Of a stretch of DNA of 52,928 nt, positions 49,825 to 52,928 are shown one piece after another. A program made the translations under genes and the position numbers. The stretch lies in contig CAZXXL010000001.1 in NCBI GenBank assembly GCA_964644635.1, positions 1 through 52,928 on the forward strand, in the 5' to 3' direction. The notes below the pieces were generated by a model. That model saw nothing but the letters and a program-made list of their open reading frames with translations. It was not told where the DNA came from and made no database searches. The DNA comes from an uncultured Thermoanaerobaculia bacterium (GTDB lineage: Bacteria > Acidobacteriota > Thermoanaerobaculia > Thermoanaerobaculales > Sulfomarinibacteraceae). How positions within the stretch are numbered: position 1 is the stretch's first letter; every line of letters begins with the position of its first letter.

Positions 49825-51376
49825 GAAGATCGACCTGGCCGCCAACGCCGCGGGGCGGCTCGTCCCGGTGGAGGTCAACGGTGCCGAGCAGGTTCCGTTT
49901 CGGGGTATCGGCGGCCATCGGCCGTCGGGACGCAAGGCGGCGCCGCGGATCGCCACCTGCCTGGACTATCCCGCCGACGGCGACAAGCGCGCGCCGAGTC
50001 TTCGCGACGCCCTCGAGCAGGTGGGGCTCGAAGACGGCATGGTGGTCTCCACCCACCACCACCTGCGCAACGGCGACGCCGTCGCCAACATGGTCTTCGA
50101 CACGGCGGCGGCGATGGGGCTTCGCGACCTCATGTGGTTCCCCTCGGCGTCGTTTCCGGTGCACGCCAACCAGATCCGGCATCTGGACGCCGGCGTGATC
50201 CACCACATCGAGGGCTCCATGAACGGTCCCCTGGGCGACTACTGCACGGCGGGCAGGATGCGCGGCCTGGGCGTGCTGCGCTCCCACGGCGGCCGCTGGC
50301 AGGCCATCCAGGACGGCGAGGTCCACATCGACGTGGCGGTCATCGCCGCCCCCACCGCCGACCCGTTCGGCAACGCCAACGCCCTCGGCGGTCCGGCGGC
50401 CTGCGGCCTGCTCGGATTCGCGCTGGCCGACTCCATCTACGCCGAGAAGGTCGTGGTGGTCACCGACAACCTCGTCCCCTTCCCCTGCCTGCCCTGGCAG
50501 ATCCAGGGCAACAACGTGGACGTGGTGGTCGAGGTCCCGTCGATCGGGGACCCGTCCAAGATCGTCTCCGGGACGACCCGGATCACCCGCAGCCCGGACC
50601 GCCTGCGCATCGCCGAGCTGGCCGCGCGTTTCTGCGCCGAGACAGGCATCATGCACGACGGCTTCTCCTTCCAGGCGGGGGCCGGCGGCACGACCCTGGC
50701 CTTCGCCATCTACCTGCGCGACCTCATGAAACGCGCCGGCGTCACGGCCAGCTTCGCCCGCGGGGGTTCGACCAAGTACATGGTGGAGATGCTCCGGGAG
50801 GGGTTGATCGGCGCCATCCTCGACGGCCAGACCTTCGATCTCGACGGCGTGGCCTCCATGCGCGAGCACCCGCGCCACGTGGACACCTCGCCCTTCACCT
50901 CGTACAACTTCCACGGCAAGGGAAACTTCGCCTCCATGGTCGACGTCGCCGTGCTCGGCGCCACCCAGGTGGACGTCGGCTTCAACGGCAACGTGGTCAC
51001 CCACTCCGACGGCCGCCTGCTGCACGGCATCGGCGGCTGGCAGAACTGCCTGGCGGCCCGCACCACCATGCTGCTGGTGCCCTCCTTCCGGGACCGCATC
51101 CCGGTCATCGTCGACGAGGTGACGACGCTGTGCGGCCCCGGCGAGCTCATCGACGTCGTCGTCACCGAACGCGGCATCGCCGTCAACCCGCGGCGGAAGG
51201 ACCTCATCGACGCCGTCGAGGGGTCGGACCTGCCCATCCGCGACATCCACGACCTCAAGGCCGAGCTCGACCGCCTCTGCGGCGTCCCGCAGAAGCCGCC
51301 CCGCACCGACGACCCGGTCGCCGTCGTCAAGTGGGTGGACGGCACCGTCCTCGACACCGTATGGCGGATCGAGTGA
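49817..51376 (+). CDS. citF: citrate lyase alpha subunit (citrate CoA-transferase)
   Basis: 519 aa. The STHHHLRNGD motif and overall length are typical of CitF. 8-nt overlap with the upstream gene. Confidence 0.9.
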   Translation: MAKKIDLAANAAGRLVPVEVNGAEQVPFRGIGGHRPSGRKAAPRIATCLDYPADGDKRAPSLRDALEQVGLEDGMVVSTHHHLRNGDAVANMVFDTAAAMGLRDLMWFPSASFPVHANQIRHLDAGVIHHIEGSMNGPLGDYCTAGRMRGLGVLRSHGGRWQAIQDGEVHIDVAVIAAPTADPFGNANALGGPAACGLLGFALADSIYAEKVVVVTDNLVPFPCLPWQIQGNNVDVVVEVPSIGDPSKIVSGTTRITRSPDRLRIAELAARFCAETGIMHDGFSFQAGAGGTTLAFAIYLRDLMKRAGVTASFARGGSTKYMVEMLREGLIGAILDGQTFDLDGVASMREHPRHVDTSPFTSYNFHGKGNFASMVDVAVLGATQVDVGFNGNVVTHSDGRLLHGIGGWQNCLAARTTMLLVPSFRDRIPVIVDEVTTLCGPGELIDVVVTERGIAVNPRRKDLIDAVEGSDLPIRDIHDLKAELDRLCGVPQKPPRTDDPVAVVKWVDGTVLDTVWRIE

Positions 51377-51402
51377 GGGATCAGGGCGAGAGTGAACACC
51401 TC

Positions 51403-51437
51403 TTGATTCCTTGCTAATTGGAATGTAGACTTCCAAT
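51403..51437 (+). promoter_or_regulatory. candidate promoter plus 7-bp inverted repeat (operator-like) abutting a possibly leaderless ATG
   Basis: TTGATT (51403-51408), a 17-nt spacer, then TAGACT (51426-51431). The ATG at 51438 is 7 nt after the -10 and has no SD. The inverted repeat ATTGGAA-tgtagac-TTCCAAT (51417-51437) spans the -10. Confidence 0.3.
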
Positions 51438-52637
51438 ATGGCAGGTAAGTTGAAGCGACTCGCGAAGGGGGTGGTCCGGCGGAAGCTCGGGGAGAGCCCG
51501 GTGGTGGCCATTCTCGGCCCCCGCCAGTGCGGCAAGACGACGTTGGCCCGGATGACCATGGACGCCCTGCCCCGCTCTACCCGGCTCGACCTGGAACGGC
51601 CGTCGGAGCTCGCCAGGCTCGGTGATCCGGAGGCGTATTTTGCGCTACACCGGGATGAGCTCGTCTGTCTGGACGAGATCCAGCGCCGCCCGGACCTGTT
51701 TCCCGTCCTCCGATCGGTGGTGGACGAGCGCGGCCGAAACGGCCAGTTTCTCGTGCTCGGCTCCGCCTCCCCGGAGCTGCTCCGGCAGTCGTCGGAGTCG
51801 CTCGCCGGGAGGATCGCCTTCGTCGAGCTGCGTCCCTTCCTGCTGCCCGAGGTGGAGCGGACCGGGGAGGGAGCGTTGCAGCGTCTCTGGCTGCGCGGCG
51901 GCTTCCCGAGGAGCTTCCTGGCGGCGAACGAGACCGCGAGCTTCAATTGGCGCATGGATTTCATCACCACCTTCGTGGAGCGGGACCTGTCGCTCTACGC
52001 CCCGCGCCTGGCGCCCGAGCGGCTCGCCACCTTCTGGACGATGTGCGCCCACGAGCACGGCCAGCTCCTCAACGCCTCCAGGCTGGGGGACGCGCTGGGT
52101 GTCAGCGGGCACACGGTCCGCGCGTATCTCGAGCTGCTGGAACGGACCTTCATGGTGCGCCTGCTCCGGCCGCTTCGCGCCAATCTCGGCAAGCGCCTGA
52201 TCCGCTCCCCCCGCCTCTACCTGAGGGATCCCGGGATCCTCCATGCGCTCCTCGGCATCGCGTCCCACGACGACCTGCTTGGTCATCCATCGCGCGGCAC
52301 CTCGTGGGAGGGCCTCGTCATCGAGCACGCCGTCTTCGCCTTCGAGGGGTGGGAACCATCGTTCTACCGTACCCGCGCCGGCGCCGAGCTCGACCTGGTC
52401 CTGGAAAGGGGGCAGCGCCGGATCGCCGTCGAGGCCAAGGTCTCCAGCGCCCCACGGCCCACGCGCGGTTTCTGGACCGCCCTCGAGGACCTCGGCATCA
52501 CCGAGGCGTACGTCGTCGCGCCGGTGGCCGAGCCCTACCCCCTGGCGCCCGGCGCGGCCGTGCTGCCCCTGGGCGAGCTGATGGCGTGGGCACCGAGGAT
52601 CACCGCGGGAACGGCCCATCCGGCAGCGGCCGGCTGA
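51438..52637 (+). CDS. AAA-family ATPase with DUF4143-type C-terminal domain
   Basis: 399 aa. Walker A GPRQCGKTT, Walker B LVCLDEIQ, and a C-terminal restriction-endonuclease-like region (ELDLVLERGQRRIAVEAK), typical of the widespread AAA_14/DUF4143 architecture. Confidence 0.85.
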   Translation: MAGKLKRLAKGVVRRKLGESPVVAILGPRQCGKTTLARMTMDALPRSTRLDLERPSELARLGDPEAYFALHRDELVCLDEIQRRPDLFPVLRSVVDERGRNGQFLVLGSASPELLRQSSESLAGRIAFVELRPFLLPEVERTGEGALQRLWLRGGFPRSFLAANETASFNWRMDFITTFVERDLSLYAPRLAPERLATFWTMCAHEHGQLLNASRLGDALGVSGHTVRAYLELLERTFMVRLLRPLRANLGKRLIRSPRLYLRDPGILHALLGIASHDDLLGHPSRGTSWEGLVIEHAVFAFEGWEPSFYRTRAGAELDLVLERGQRRIAVEAKVSSAPRPTRGFWTALEDLGITEAYVVAPVAEPYPLAPGAAVLPLGELMAWAPRITAGTAHPAAAG

Positions 52638-52928
52638 AAAGTCGGGTTGACCCGGCCCGTGCGGGACATCCTGACCACAGCCGCCTCTCCAGTGGTTCCG
52701 AGGCGATAGCTCCCTACCGCCCGACGACCTCCCCGCCGTGCCGTGCGACGTCCAGCGCCAGCGCGAGCACCGGGTCCTTGGCCGTGCGGTACTTGGCGAG
52801 CACGGCGTCGGTGGCGACGATGTCCGGAATCACGCCGTGGGTGTCGTCGCCGGGTTGGGGGTTGGGACTGCTAAACTGAAGTTTCCACGCCAAGGATAGT
52901 GTAACCGATTGAGGCGTATTGAGTTGGC

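Noticed and set aside
49325-51970. An 881-aa minus-strand ORF antisense to citE/citF and the DUF4143 gene start
   Set aside because: It is a shadow ORF. It crosses the AT-rich promoter region at 51380-51437 and lacks any motif, whereas citF and citE are clearly recognisable on the plus strand.

Overview
This is a high-GC (around 70 % by eye) chromosomal segment from a diderm bacterium, judged from LpxC, BamD, a TonB-dependent receptor and Tat. The gene content looks Acidobacteriota-like, but the taxon cannot be proven from this sequence. I call about 45 protein genes. I recognised no rRNA, tRNA, CRISPR array, transposase or integrase. Left third (1-23 kb): a housekeeping block, truA-uppS-cdsA-dxr-rseP-(triple-PASTA protein)-rpe-bamD, with GTGA/ATGA coupled junctions. 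It is followed by a LysM protein, tatA, a kinase-fold protein, an RDD protein, a TPR protein, a DUF4390/NtrY-like/NtrX-like module, lpxC, an HD-GYP protein, smpB and uvrA. Middle (23-40 kb): envelope and accessory genes (a PAP2 fusion protein plus a DUF3187-like outer-membrane protein, an unknown secreted protein, an SDR). Then comes a same-strand signalling/proteolysis block: a PDZ-sensor histidine kinase, a GAFTGA-less NtrC-type regulator with no canonical start codon, an FHA-GAF-PP2C phosphatase, a CPBP protease and an orphan Clp-D2 ATPase. After that come deoC, efp and a cobalamin riboswitch with btuB. Right third (40-53 kb) holds the most interesting locus. It is a minus-strand cluster encoding a MtrB/PioB-like porin, a 10-heme MtrA/DmsE-like cytochrome, an 8-heme NrfA-like cytochrome, and a cytochrome-bd-like (CydA-like) pair carrying its own two c-type hemes. 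A fur gene is transcribed divergently from it, and the shared AT-richer intergenic region contains Fur-box-like sites. I read this cluster as a candidate trans-envelope electron conduit with a non-canonical inner-membrane module. Downstream are a small wHTH ORF missing from the ORF track, a fused citD-citE, citF, and a DUF4143 AAA ATPase. All family assignments come from motif recognition by eye; no database search was run. Many long track ORFs are off-frame shadows typical of GC-rich DNA and are rejected.
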